Of a DNA stretch of 64,000 nucleotides, positions 22,220-33,391 are shown one piece after another. Under the pieces are notes generated by a model. It was not told the DNA's origin. It did not search any database and saw only the letters and a list, made by a program, of their open reading frames with translations. The DNA comes from Eukaryota sp. TZLM1-RC (Eukaryota; Protista; Metamonada: BaSk clade): the NCBI GenBank assembly GCA_040285825.1, contig JAUPSS010000010.1:310001-374000 (forward strand), in the 5' to 3' direction. Both the position numbers and the translations under genes were made by a program. The number at the start of each line of letters is the position of its first letter. Within the stretch, counting starts at the first letter, position 1.

Positions 22220-23902
22220 ATGTCTTCCCCCAAAGTCTCCTTCTCTAACCGCTGGTGCGTTGGCACAGTCATTGTGTTGTTTGCATTTACATCTGTCTTC
22301 ATACTAGTAGTATCAGCTTTTACTTCCCCTTTAGTTACAACCGTTGAAACTGCTTCTCATCCTCTTGATGAACTGCTGAAGTCCCGGGGTTCACCTCCGT
22401 CGCCTTCACAGCCTGATGCACCTCTACCACCAAAACCCCAACCACAGCCTTCCGCCAAATCACCTCAAACATCCCCTAGACCTAGACTTTCGCCTTCTCA
22501 TCCATCGAAACTTAGTCCTAGGGCCCATAGAGAGTCATTGGAAGTATGTAGGAAGGGTGTCGTTCATCCTAATTCTCTAATCCATGATACCCACTTTGAC
22601 TTTCTCTTTAAGTATCTGTATATCTACTTTTACCACCAATCTCAACTCGATCCCTCCTTCATCATTCCTGGCTTCATCAGAGATTCTTACCTTGAACATG
22701 TAAGGTCATATACCGCTGGGTTTTCTGAGGGCTCCTATAAGAGATCTCCTGAGGACTTTATTGGTGAATTTCATAAACTCTATCATTCAATTAAAACCAA
22801 AGGTTTGGACTTGAATTCAAAGTGTCCTGTCAGAGTAGATCCCTTGCCGAAGGACTCTGACGCTCTTCGAAGTTGGAATGGTCATCACAGACAAGCTGTT
22901 GCTCAAGTGTTGAAGAAGGACAAGATTGGAATTAACTGTAAATATCCTGATAAGATGTTCACTGAAAAACATAGACAAAAAGACAGTGTTGGTTGGGAAT
23001 GGTATCAAAACAAGGGCATCAATCAAAAAATGATTGATCTGGCTGCTTATTGGTTTGTCAGTGGTGTTGAAAATTTCCGAGTTTTGACCTTCTTTCCTAG
23101 TCTTGTTGATTCCTTGGGAAAAGCTCAAATGGACACGTCACAACTAATCAAAATGACTGAAAAATTCAGTGGTCGTCTTATGTATTTAAAAGAATTAGAA
23201 TTAACTCATAATGGATTGGAAATGTTATTGGACTTGACCAATAGTGAACTTAATGGTGAAAAAACGGAAACTCAATCATTAATGATGCTATTTGTTTATT
23301 TCAATGACCCTGATGACGGTCAAGAATTGCTTAATCACGTCATTAAAGAGTCAAAAATATCGGAAACTGATGCTAATTTGATTGGCCATGTTTCAGACAG
23401 TCATGATCAATCAATTTTACTTTCGCAACACTTTCTATTCCCAGAATCTGTAAAGTTTTTGAATTTTGCTGATTCAAATCAAAGGAAAAGATGCAAAGAA
23501 TTAGCAAATGCCTTGAAAACTGAATTAAATGTCGATATCTCAAGTCTTTTACCTCAAAACTTAATACTCAACTACCCCCACACACTTGATTTATTTGGAT
23601 TAAAACCATTAAGTAGGAATGAATTACAACTTGTTTACAACAAAAAGGTATCAGGAAATGAATTTGTATCAAAATCGGATTCAATTGTCCATAAAAGTGA
23701 TTATGATAAGGAATTCCAATCACTTTTGACTAATGTTGAAACGCTTTTGTTTGACCCTAATTACCACGGGTTTTGCTATGGGGTGAAGTTTATTTCTTTA
23801 AAACATGTTTTACAGATCTTGAATAATAAAAAAGACAAAAATTTTGGTCAAGTATATGAAAAACTTCTTGGAAGCGAGCTAGGAAATGTTTTGTGGTTGT
23901 AG
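22220..23902 (+). CDS. Type II membrane protein with ParB/sulfiredoxin-like GxHR motif, function unknown
   Basis: 560 aa, intronless; N-terminal TM helix, Pro/Ser stem, then SIKTKG..PV..NGHHRQAVAQVL. Confidence 0.8.
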   Translation: MSSPKVSFSNRWCVGTVIVLFAFTSVFILVVSAFTSPLVTTVETASHPLDELLKSRGSPPSPSQPDAPLPPKPQPQPSAKSPQTSPRPRLSPSHPSKLSPRAHRESLEVCRKGVVHPNSLIHDTHFDFLFKYLYIYFYHQSQLDPSFIIPGFIRDSYLEHVRSYTAGFSEGSYKRSPEDFIGEFHKLYHSIKTKGLDLNSKCPVRVDPLPKDSDALRSWNGHHRQAVAQVLKKDKIGINCKYPDKMFTEKHRQKDSVGWEWYQNKGINQKMIDLAAYWFVSGVENFRVLTFFPSLVDSLGKAQMDTSQLIKMTEKFSGRLMYLKELELTHNGLEMLLDLTNSELNGEKTETQSLMMLFVYFNDPDDGQELLNHVIKESKISETDANLIGHVSDSHDQSILLSQHFLFPESVKFLNFADSNQRKRCKELANALKTELNVDISSLLPQNLILNYPHTLDLFGLKPLSRNELQLVYNKKVSGNEFVSKSDSIVHKSDYDKEFQSLLTNVETLLFDPNYHGFCYGVKFISLKHVLQILNNKKDKNFGQVYEKLLGSELGNVLWL

Positions 23903-24342
23903 GGTATCCTTCTTATAAAAATTTGGTGAGTTTCAATCAGTGGACTAAAGTGAAGTCAACCAAAGTCAACCGGGTTTATGATCACAATGATGTTTAACTT
24001 TGAGTTAATGGTGAGTGAATGTATTAAGTAAACGATTTATTTTTAGGAAATTAGACACTGACTAAATGCACCATAAAATTCTTATTTTATTCGCATTTTA
24101 CAATTCATAGAAATCAAAATACGAAGCCCTTGTATAACGTCTTAATGGAGCAAACAGCAGAAGTATCAAGTTTGGCCCAATTGCTATTTCGATTTTTGGT
24201 ACCCTTGGAACTGAAGGTCTTAATGTTTTACATGATTTAGGAAAACTTCTCACAGAAAGTGGTCATGGGTTTAATTTTCTGATTTGGAAGAACAGAATCG
24301 TTTTTTCGTTATCGAAAGCTCATCCTCGTTATATTAACTCCA

Positions 24343-25940
24343 TTTTATTCAACAGCGTTATGAAGATATTGGTCTCTCATTGAATATCTCCAAATGTTTG
24401 ATTATTGGCCATGAACCAATTGATTTTTTCATTAGTGATGTCAATGTCCCCTTTATCAATTATGATCAGTCTGGTTTTCGTTTTTTGGGTTGTTATCTCG
24501 GAAATATTGAAGAAGTCAAAGGCCAACTTTCGACTTTGTTGACTCAATTTGGAAATGAATTAGAATCAATAGAAAATTTAAATATTGAGAAACATTTGAA
24601 ATTCTTTTTCCTCAAAATTTGTTATTCTGGAAAATTTACTCATATTTTGAGATCAACATCACCATCAATTTCTTTGGAGTTTTGTCGAATTTTTAATGAA
24701 CAAATAACCAATTTTTTAGCAAAATTATTGGAAATTGATGCATCTCAGTTACGAAGCCACATTTTTTGTGGTACAAATTTACCTTTGTAAAGCTGCCTTT
24801 ATTGGAGGTGGAAAGAATTTTATTTATGAATTTGTGAATCGTTTTCCTGAAAAAATTCATCTCATTGAAAATTGTGGCAGCTCTTATTTTATTTCTTTGC
24901 AACAGGAAATTGAAACTCTTTCACCCAATATTTGGTCTAAATGTTTCCCCTCTGATATTGTGGAACTTCCTCCAAGAAGCTTGCTCTCCTTACCACCGAC
25001 TTTTGCAAAATTGCAGAAAAAAATCTTGAAAGTTTTAGAAAACTTGGTATATTATACGTCTTAGCTTGGCTAAAGAAAAGCATCACGTTTGTGCAAACTT
25101 TTTGATTGATCTTGAAGACAGTTGCTCAAGTTGCCTAATCTCCCAAATTCCCAACATTTATGGCCTTCTACTTAATGATCACCAATGGACCACTGCAATG
25201 AGAATGAGATGCTTTCTATGGCATTGTTCTTTACCAAATGATTTAATTTGTCGCTGCAAAAATGTTGTTACGCTTTCCCATATTTTAGACTGTAAGTATT
25301 TTATAACTTATCGCTCAATTGTTCATGACTCAGTTCGTGATTAATTATATGCCATGTGCAACAGTTTCAATATAGTGGCATTTTTGAGCCATTAGTACGT
25401 ATGCTGTCTTCAGATCAAACTGATGATTCCTTTGGTAAAAGAAAGGCAGATTTAGTAGCGCCAGGGATCGATGGTGTTCTCAATGTTGTAGATGTTGTCT
25501 CAGTTGATGTTTGCAAAAATTCTGCTGCTCGTTTAGTGTATTCCCCTGATTCGCCGTTATCTAACGCCGAAAAAAAAGAAGATAAAAAAATACGAAGAAC
25601 CTTTGGCACAGTTAAGTAGAGTGGAACATGTGAAATATCAGTTTGTGCCGTTTGCAATTTCTCTTTTTGGCAATATTAGACCTTCAGGATTGCACTTTTT
25701 GAAAATTTCAAAAAAGTGTTACTGAATAGGTCTGGTAAAACAATGAACTCCACTTTCTGGTTAAATAGAATTGTTTTTTGCATTTTCAAGTCTATTCCAA
25801 CAATGATTTCAAAGGCACTTTTAGCTATTGGTGTAGAATATGAACGTAATGCTGTGAGTAGGTTTAGTAATAGTGACGCTTGTTTGGAGGATATGGAATT
25901 CTAGATGGGTTTTTTATCTCAATAAATATTCCAGTTAAAA
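24343..25940 (+). mobile_element. Second copy of the RLE non-LTR fragment at 18459-20075
   Basis: Near-identical sequence, same 3' end and same disabling lesions. Confidence 0.9.
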
Positions 25941-26761
25941 ATTTTTGAATAATATTACGGAGTTTTATAACAATCGAGTTGCTATGTAAGTGAATAGCGA
26001 AAATCTACCGTCATTTAGTTGATATGGTTTGAGTAATAAAAAGCATTAATTAAGGTTTTTGGTTCAGTTTTAAAATGTGTCTGGTCAGGAATAATACTTT
26101 TTTCTCTTAATCTTTATGTAAAAATTTAAATTGAAATCTCAACAACCAATGAAACAACATTCTATTTACAGTATAAGTACAATGCGTTTTTGTGTGGTCT
26201 TCCAGGAGGTTGTTTAACAAGAGTTACTTTGAAGGATGAAGGTTTTCTAAGGCTGTCTCTGAAACCTAATCGTCTTCATTGTTTTTGTAAGACACATTGC
26301 GCAAGATGAACAACGCAATTTCTTTTATAATTAAATCAATTTAACGAATAGAAATAGAAATATCAAATACGCAACTGATACTCCACATCCTCAACCTGCC
26401 TCTCTAAAATCGAAACAGCACATTACTAAAGATAATGAAAACCGACTAAAGGATGAAAGTGAATCAGAAATTAATTTCACCATTCAATTATGAATTGAAA
26501 ACACAATTCTATTTTGCAAATAGAAACTATTGAAAATACGTGTAACCCAATGTCTTATATGAGATCTACACTGCAATCATTGAACTTGCTATCTTTGTAC
26601 TATTCTTCATCAAATGTTTGTATTCTCCAACAAACAATTTACTACTTGAGTCAGTAGTTGGTGACGCTTTGACAAGTCATATTCTTGTAGTTTCTGTCCT
26701 GAATTTGACCGAAACTTCATCAACCCTTTCTTCACAATTTCTGTTTATTTTTTCGTCCCCA

Positions 26762-28522
26762 ATGTTATCTTTGGAAGATCTTTCTGAATTCTACATCAAA
26801 AATGAACCTAATGCTCGTATGCGCACCGAAATTGCCGATCTTGTCAAGGCCGGTTCTTGGGATATTCTTAAAACGCGTATGACTCCCCGTCTCGCTTTCG
26901 GCACTGCTGGATTACGTGGTAAAATGGAGGGTGGTTTTAACAGAATGAACAGTCTTGTTATTCTCCAAACCACACAAGGACTCGTTTCTTACCTCGAAAC
27001 TGCTGCTCCCGATCTGCTGAAATCAGGTGGTATCGTCATTGGTTTTGATGGTCGATATCACTCTGAAGAATTCGCTCGTGCTGCTGCTTCTGTCATTTTG
27101 GGAAAAGGTTATCCTTGTCACTTGATCTCAGAGCTAACCGTCACCCCAATGATCCCATATGCTGTTGAGCATTTCAAGTGTGCTGCTGGTATCATGGTAA
27201 CTGCCTCACATAACCCCAAGGAAGACAATGGTTACAAAGTTTACTGGAATAATGGCTGCCAGATCATTCCCCCTCACGATTCAGGTATTCAGAACGCGAT
27301 CCTTGAAAACTTGGACTTGTGGACTAGCAACATCAAGGGAGATGAAATTCACACACATCCCAAGTACAATGATCCATACAATGAAATCATTGAGACTTAT
27401 TTCTCTGATATCACCAACAAAGTCTCGAAAACTAGGGAAGTCAATGCCACTAGTTCATTGAAGATAACGTACACTGCTATGCATGGTACTGGTTATAAGT
27501 ACGCTACCCTTGCCGCTGAAGCTGCTGGTCTCTCTCCTCTCGTACCTGTTATGTGCCAAGTGCTTCCAGACCCTGATTTTCCTACCATTGAGTTCCCTAA
27601 CCCTGAAGAAGGAGAAGGTGCACTGAGCGAAGCTATGAAAACTGCTGATGATAACAATAGTACTATCATTCTGGCCCATGATCCTGATGCTGATAGACTC
27701 GCTGTGGCTGAAAAACAACGTGATGGTAAGTGGAAAGTCTTCACTGGTAATGAGATTGGTGCTCTTATTGGCTGGTGGAGATACCACTGCTGGAAACAAG
27801 AAAAAGGCCAACAACCAGGCGCTAAAGCCGCTATGCTTGCTTCTACTGTTTCTTCCAAGTTTTTGGGCTCAATGGCCAAGAAAGAAGGGTTCCTTTTCAA
27901 TGAAACTCTCACTGGTTTCAAATGGTTAGGCCATGCTATGATTGATCTCCAAGCTGAAGGGTATGATGTTCTTTTAGCTTATGAACAAGCTATTGGTTTT
28001 GCTACTGGTTTAGTTAAGGATAAGGACGGTGTTTCTGCACTTGTTGTGTTTAATGAATTGGCAAACCATCTGGCTGCTATGGATATTTTGTTAAGTGAAC
28101 AATATGAGAAGCTTTCGGATGAATATGGTCATTTTGTCTCTAAGGACGGTTATTTCATTTGTGAAGACCAGCAAATTATCGACGAAATATTTGCCAGAAT
28201 TCGTAATAATGGTGAATACCTCAAGCTAGAGGGTTATGAAATTGCTCGTATTCGGGACCTTACCAAACCTGGCCTGGATACTGCTTTTGAAGACAAGAAG
28301 CCTAAACTACCTGTATCTTCAAGCCATATGATTACATGGACCTTTGAAAATGGGGCTGTTGTCACCCTCCGCACTTCTGGAACCGAACCCAAGGTTAAAT
28401 ACTATTCCGAAATGCATGCTGATTCCAAGGATAAGGCCCGAGAATTACTATCAAATTTGATTGAGAAGTTGCTGGCAGAATGGGTTCAGCCCCAAAAGTA
28501 TGATTTGCCTAGACGCGAATAA
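26762..28522 (+). CDS. PGM2: Phosphoglucomutase-2 / phosphopentomutase (alpha-D-phosphohexomutase family)
   Basis: FGTAGLRG, catalytic TASHNP, metal loop DPDADR, YEQAIG and RTSGTEPK. First in-frame ATG is 26762; the TTG-started extension upstream is probably UTR. Confidence 0.95.
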   Translation: MLSLEDLSEFYIKNEPNARMRTEIADLVKAGSWDILKTRMTPRLAFGTAGLRGKMEGGFNRMNSLVILQTTQGLVSYLETAAPDLLKSGGIVIGFDGRYHSEEFARAAASVILGKGYPCHLISELTVTPMIPYAVEHFKCAAGIMVTASHNPKEDNGYKVYWNNGCQIIPPHDSGIQNAILENLDLWTSNIKGDEIHTHPKYNDPYNEIIETYFSDITNKVSKTREVNATSSLKITYTAMHGTGYKYATLAAEAAGLSPLVPVMCQVLPDPDFPTIEFPNPEEGEGALSEAMKTADDNNSTIILAHDPDADRLAVAEKQRDGKWKVFTGNEIGALIGWWRYHCWKQEKGQQPGAKAAMLASTVSSKFLGSMAKKEGFLFNETLTGFKWLGHAMIDLQAEGYDVLLAYEQAIGFATGLVKDKDGVSALVVFNELANHLAAMDILLSEQYEKLSDEYGHFVSKDGYFICEDQQIIDEIFARIRNNGEYLKLEGYEIARIRDLTKPGLDTAFEDKKPKLPVSSSHMITWTFENGAVVTLRTSGTEPKVKYYSEMHADSKDKARELLSNLIEKLLAEWVQPQKYDLPRRE

Positions 28523-29519
28523 GCTGTTTGTTTTTTGTTTCGGAATAAATTTTTGTTATGGTCTCTTTTTTTATTCAATTATTTTGTGATTTGAATTGGT
28601 TCAGACAACTACCACCATTATTTTGAAATTTGATTATTTCGAGTTAAAAATCTTTTTGTAACTTTCATACATTTAAATTCAAACTTTTCATTTTGGAATT
28701 GCCAAATTACGATATTTCAATTACGCAAGAGCCGAATCATTTTCAATTAATCCAGAGTTTCACTTGGGATAATGCAATAATGGAATTTAAGGGTATGGTA
28801 ATGATGTATTGAGCTGAAAAGACTTCTTTCGAATGTAGCCAGTTCATCTACTGTCAGACTTTCTACGAATTGTCATTCAATACATTTTGGTGGAGGAAAA
28901 AATGATGAAACATTGCACTAAGACACAAATACTATTTGTCAAATAGTTAACTTGTGCTGTAATCCAACCAACACATTTGTATAAATACGCAATTATTCCA
29001 AAGCTGAATAAGCACCAATTTTAACCCTCATGTTGTTTTGTTGTTTTCTCTTTGATCACGAAACACAATGATAAACAACGTTCATGAGAGTTTCAGTGAA
29101 TATTGAATTGAGTGAACTGGTATTGATCTCAGGTTTGAATGCTATTTACATTATAAGAAATCATTAAATGCATTTTAAAATAAAATATGCAATGGTTTCA
29201 CATTACCTTAACAGAAACCACAAGTCCATGATTTAAAATATCAAAATCTGCTTTACTAATTCAAAAACAACAATGTTTCTTATTAACAATGAGCATGAAA
29301 TACTGAACTTGCAACGCTTTTGAGTCACCACTTGAGGTGTTCACATTATTTTCATCCATCCAACAACTATATCAGAACATAGAAGATGCCGCACGAACAT
29401 TTTAGAGCTTGAAATGCTAATTCTTCACTAATGGTTATCAGTGTAGACTTTGGAATGGGTTTTCTTTTCATTAACAAAACAACAAACACTAACAACTATT
29501 TCTGTTACAGAAACTACAA

Positions 29520-31130
29520 ATGGGAAAGATTCACCCAAGAAGGTTACTATTGGCTAACTCCATTTTTTTAAGACATTCGTAATAGTCCTGCTGCTATTTT
29601 AGTTACCCAAATTCCCTCTATTTATGGATTTCTTTTAAAAACAATGAATGGCTTTTAAACATGCGTTTTCGTTGTTTTCTATGGCCAAACAATTTGCCTA
29701 ATCATTTAACATGTAAATGTGGTAAACCTCTTTTGTTTACTCACCTTTTGAACTGTAAATATTTGATTACATTTAGAAGTAAAGTAACGTACCATGAATT
29801 AATTTATTTTGCTTTTACGTACCATGATAATGAATACCGACCATAAATTCATTTTGATTCTTTCTTCAGCTCAACTCCTTCAATGTCTTCAGCTAGTACA
29901 AATACTTTTCCTATCATATCTGCGACCATCTGCAAACTAGCAGTTACTTAGAAAGTGCTTAGATTTGTTTGACAGAAGATTTTTAAAAGATAAAAGAATC
30001 CGTCTAGTAAACTCTGGAACCTACAGGTGTGGCTCAAGATCGCTTAGCTTTTTGCTTAGTCTTATTGAAACATCCTAAAGGTCATTCATAACCTTCTTCT
30101 GTTGATCATCAATAAAACTCTGTTGTTTTTGGAAGTTGTAACAAATATCCCAAATGTCGAACTTGTTGTTGAGAAAGTTGAGTATTTTTTCTGTGGCAGA
30201 AATAAAGAAAATTAAGAAGATGATTGATTTAAGAAACGTCTCACATATTCACTTATGATGAAAACAATAAAAATTGTGATTTTGTGGATCAAGGGTTCCC
30301 CACTAGCTTAGCTGCTTTCAAAAGAAGCCAAGTGAGGCTCTAAAACAAGGTTAATATTGAGATCTTCCGTGGAATACAGCTGTTGTTTAGAGATAGTAAA
30401 AGTTAAGTTGTAGACGACGGTCTTTGATGACCCTTGGTTCACAATCAGCTCTCAGCAAAGACAAACAGCAATTGTTTGTTTGTTGATTTCAATAAAATAT
30501 CGGCGAAAACCTCGATTTTCAGAAAAACATGTATAAGGAGGATGGTTATGTTTCAAATTTGGAGAAATTACCTGTCATAGACCATCAACCTTAGTGACAC
30601 GGGTACGGAAGGGACAGTTCGTCTTACGAGTTTTCCCTCAGCAGTGATATATCTAGGTGTACGGCTTTTCTCACACACACAAAGAAACGTATAGTGGGGA
30701 CATGAACGACAATGATCAAACAATAGCCACAGGAAAAGCATCGTTTTTGGAAAGAGATTGTGACTTCTTCTATGGTTTCACCACAATTGTTCTGGAAGTG
30801 CATCAAGAAGAGAAAAAAATTTCCATTTGGTTTTTTTGTTCCGTTCTTTAGGTAAGGCTGTTTTGGCATATCTTGAGAATTTCAGTGCAGTTTTAAAGGA
30901 AAACACAAAAAGAATATTCAATCGTGTTTAATGGCAAAACAGGATTGTGTTTTCAATTTATAAGGAAATGGTGAAATTAATTTATGATTCACTTACTTGT
31001 TGTGGTAAATTTTCTGAATCTTTAGCAATTAACTGTTTCAATGTAAGAAGGACTGGTTTTGAGGATGTGAAGCTTTAGTTGTCTTTTTGTTATTTTTATT
31101 CGTTGTTTAATAAATAATTAAATTCAAATT
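29520..31130 (+). mobile_element. Decayed RLE non-LTR fragments (29520-29810, 30820-31130) with unassigned DNA between
   Basis: MRFRCFLWP..CKC..HLLNCK; WQNRIVF..FEDVKL* followed by AATAAA. Confidence 0.65.
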
Positions 31131-31294
31131 TCTTTAGGTTTGAACTCATACTGAATCAAATCAAAATTAACCTAAGGATTGATGTAACAGGAAAAATCTC
31201 AATAAACATCGTAATGATCTATGAATGTATGCCAGAGATTAACAAGAATCTCTAAAATTGAATCATACTTCACTTAATTTAATTTTAATTTACG

Positions 31295-32700
31295 TATTTT
31301 TTTTACCAAAATTTTAATTTTATTCAAAACCTATAAATCAACATCTAAAAAATCCATCTCTCCCAGAACAAAAACACTAGACGCAACTCTCTCATAGTGA
31401 GATCCAAGAGAAAGCAAAGCATCAGAAACCATCTTCAACATCCCCTTAAAAATAGAAAACACAATTCTGTTTTGCCAAAACAATCTGTTGAAATTTCTGC
31501 CAGTTCTTCTCTTTACAATCATTTCAAAATCATCCAAAAAACGTAAAGCAGTTGGTGCAAGTGAACCAAAAAGGGAAAATACAAATGGATACAAATTGTA
31601 TTTTGCATGCTGTAGACTGGCCAATTTGGACAAAGGTTCATTGTATTTTTTGAATTTGAAATTTTCAGCATTTGAAAGGGGATTATGAATTTCAGAATTA
31701 ACTAGCCTTTCATTTGAGGCATTACAAGGATCAACAGACATTACATCCAATAAAATGAAACTTCCATCTAATCCAGGTAATATAACATCACCTCTATTAT
31801 TCTTATGAAAATCATCTTCAGCATCAAACAGATTTGACAATAGAGGTTCCAAGAAGGATTCAATTCTATGAGATTTACACATACAATATAACTGGTCTCT
31901 TACAGCATCATGAACCTTGCTTCTAAAAGTAATAAAATGTTTACAATTTAACAAATGAGGAGTTGTAATTTCTCGAGAACATTTACAAATTAAATTATGA
32001 GGTAAATTATCAGGCCAGATAAAGGAACGAAATCTCATATTCAGAGTCCAAGCAGAATCAGTTAAGAGAGTACCATAAACTTGGGGAATTGTTGTTACTA
32101 AGGCAGAAGAAGTACTGTCACACATATCTTGTAAAAGATTTGCAAAAGCGGGATTCTTTTTCTTGGCCAAGCCAAGTCTAACATCAAAATCCAAGTTTTC
32201 AAAAATCTTTGACAATTTTTGTTGTAAGTTTTTTACAGTAAAACTGCAAATTAAAAAGAGATCGGTTCAGAATTTCTTGAATTGATTGGGAAAAACATTT
32301 AGTCCAAATTTGAGGTGGCAATCTATCAAGTTCACAAGGTAACTCAAAATATAAATATAATTTTATTTTAATTTTATTTATTCCCACCGCATCGAAACAG
32401 TTAATTACTAAAGATTCAGAAAATTTACCAAAAGAGGAAAGTGTATGATGCATTCCGTGATCAGCTTTATTGTATGTGAAAGTTCTACAAGATTGAATCC
32501 TGTTTAGAACCTTTGCCTTCAAATTTGGCTGATGAAGCTCTTTTACCATTAATTTTTTTTTCATTTATTTATCGAATAAGGAATAAAAAATCATCAAATA
32601 CACATCTACAGCTTCACATCCTCAAAATGTGCCTCCACTACATCAAAACAAGTAATTACTAAAGATTCAGAAAATTTCCCAAAAGAAGAGAGTGTTTTTG
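31295..32700 (-). mobile_element. RLE non-LTR 3' part (Zn finger and endonuclease) plus other 3'-end fragments
   Basis: ORF 31331-32215 has CKC..HLLNC, RGDVIL..DV and ends LDVDL*; T-run on + is the poly(A) tail. Confidence 0.88.
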
Positions 32701-32899
32701 CTCATTTTTTCAACCTCTATTTTGTTCAAAAATTTTAACTGAAACAGTCAATGTACGGCCGGTTTACTTTTGTAATTCTTGTACTGTTACAGATACCTTA
32801 AGACCTCCTGTCAGATTCACTGTCGAAACAAGCCCTGTCAGTTCCATTCCTTTGTCTCTTAAAATACGAAATTCTTTTTCACAAATAAGGAATAATAAT

Positions 32900-33183
32900 T
32901 GGGCCATAACGGTTTTATGGAAATTTTTAGCAAAAAAATCTCTTTTGAAAAAATCAAGATCGAATAATTCAACTCAACTTTACTCAAATTTAAATTGGTG
33001 AGAAAAATGTGTTTAAGAAGTCGCTATGGTTCAGGCAAAAACGCTATTTTTTTTCTCAATTGGCTGAACCTACAGATGAAACAGTGAGAAAATTAGAAAA
33101 ACTTCACCCTGTGGAAATTTTTTGTTGTCCAAAAACTAAAATCAGTAAGTTTTGGATTGATGCTCCTATAAATTCAACCGAAA
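32900..33183 (+). mobile_element. RLE non-LTR N-terminal RT region interrupted by LTR element A2 (continues 40359-40700)
   Basis: LEKLHP..PINSTE joins VQAAISHLP*GKAAGPSG..IRPIA across the insertion. Confidence 0.8.
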
Positions 33184-33391
33184 TGTTGCCTAAAGTCTAT
33201 TGTAGTAAAGAAAAGTCTGATTTATTTTCTATTCATATTATATAAGCCTTAGGGCGCCAAGACTGCTTCTTCCCTTTTTCAAAATAAATCAGCTTATATG
33301 AATATGAAATAAAAACTATATACAAATAACGAAATAACTATAATAAATACATATAATCGATATAATATAAATAATCGATATAAACTAAGAA

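Noticed and set aside
26170-26260. Minus-strand PPGRPHK motif resembling a MULE transposase tail
   Set aside because: Too short, and no TIRs or TSD found
26618-26761. N-terminal extension of PGM2
   Set aside because: Starts with TTG and has UTR-like composition; recognisable PGM2 sequence begins after ATG 26762
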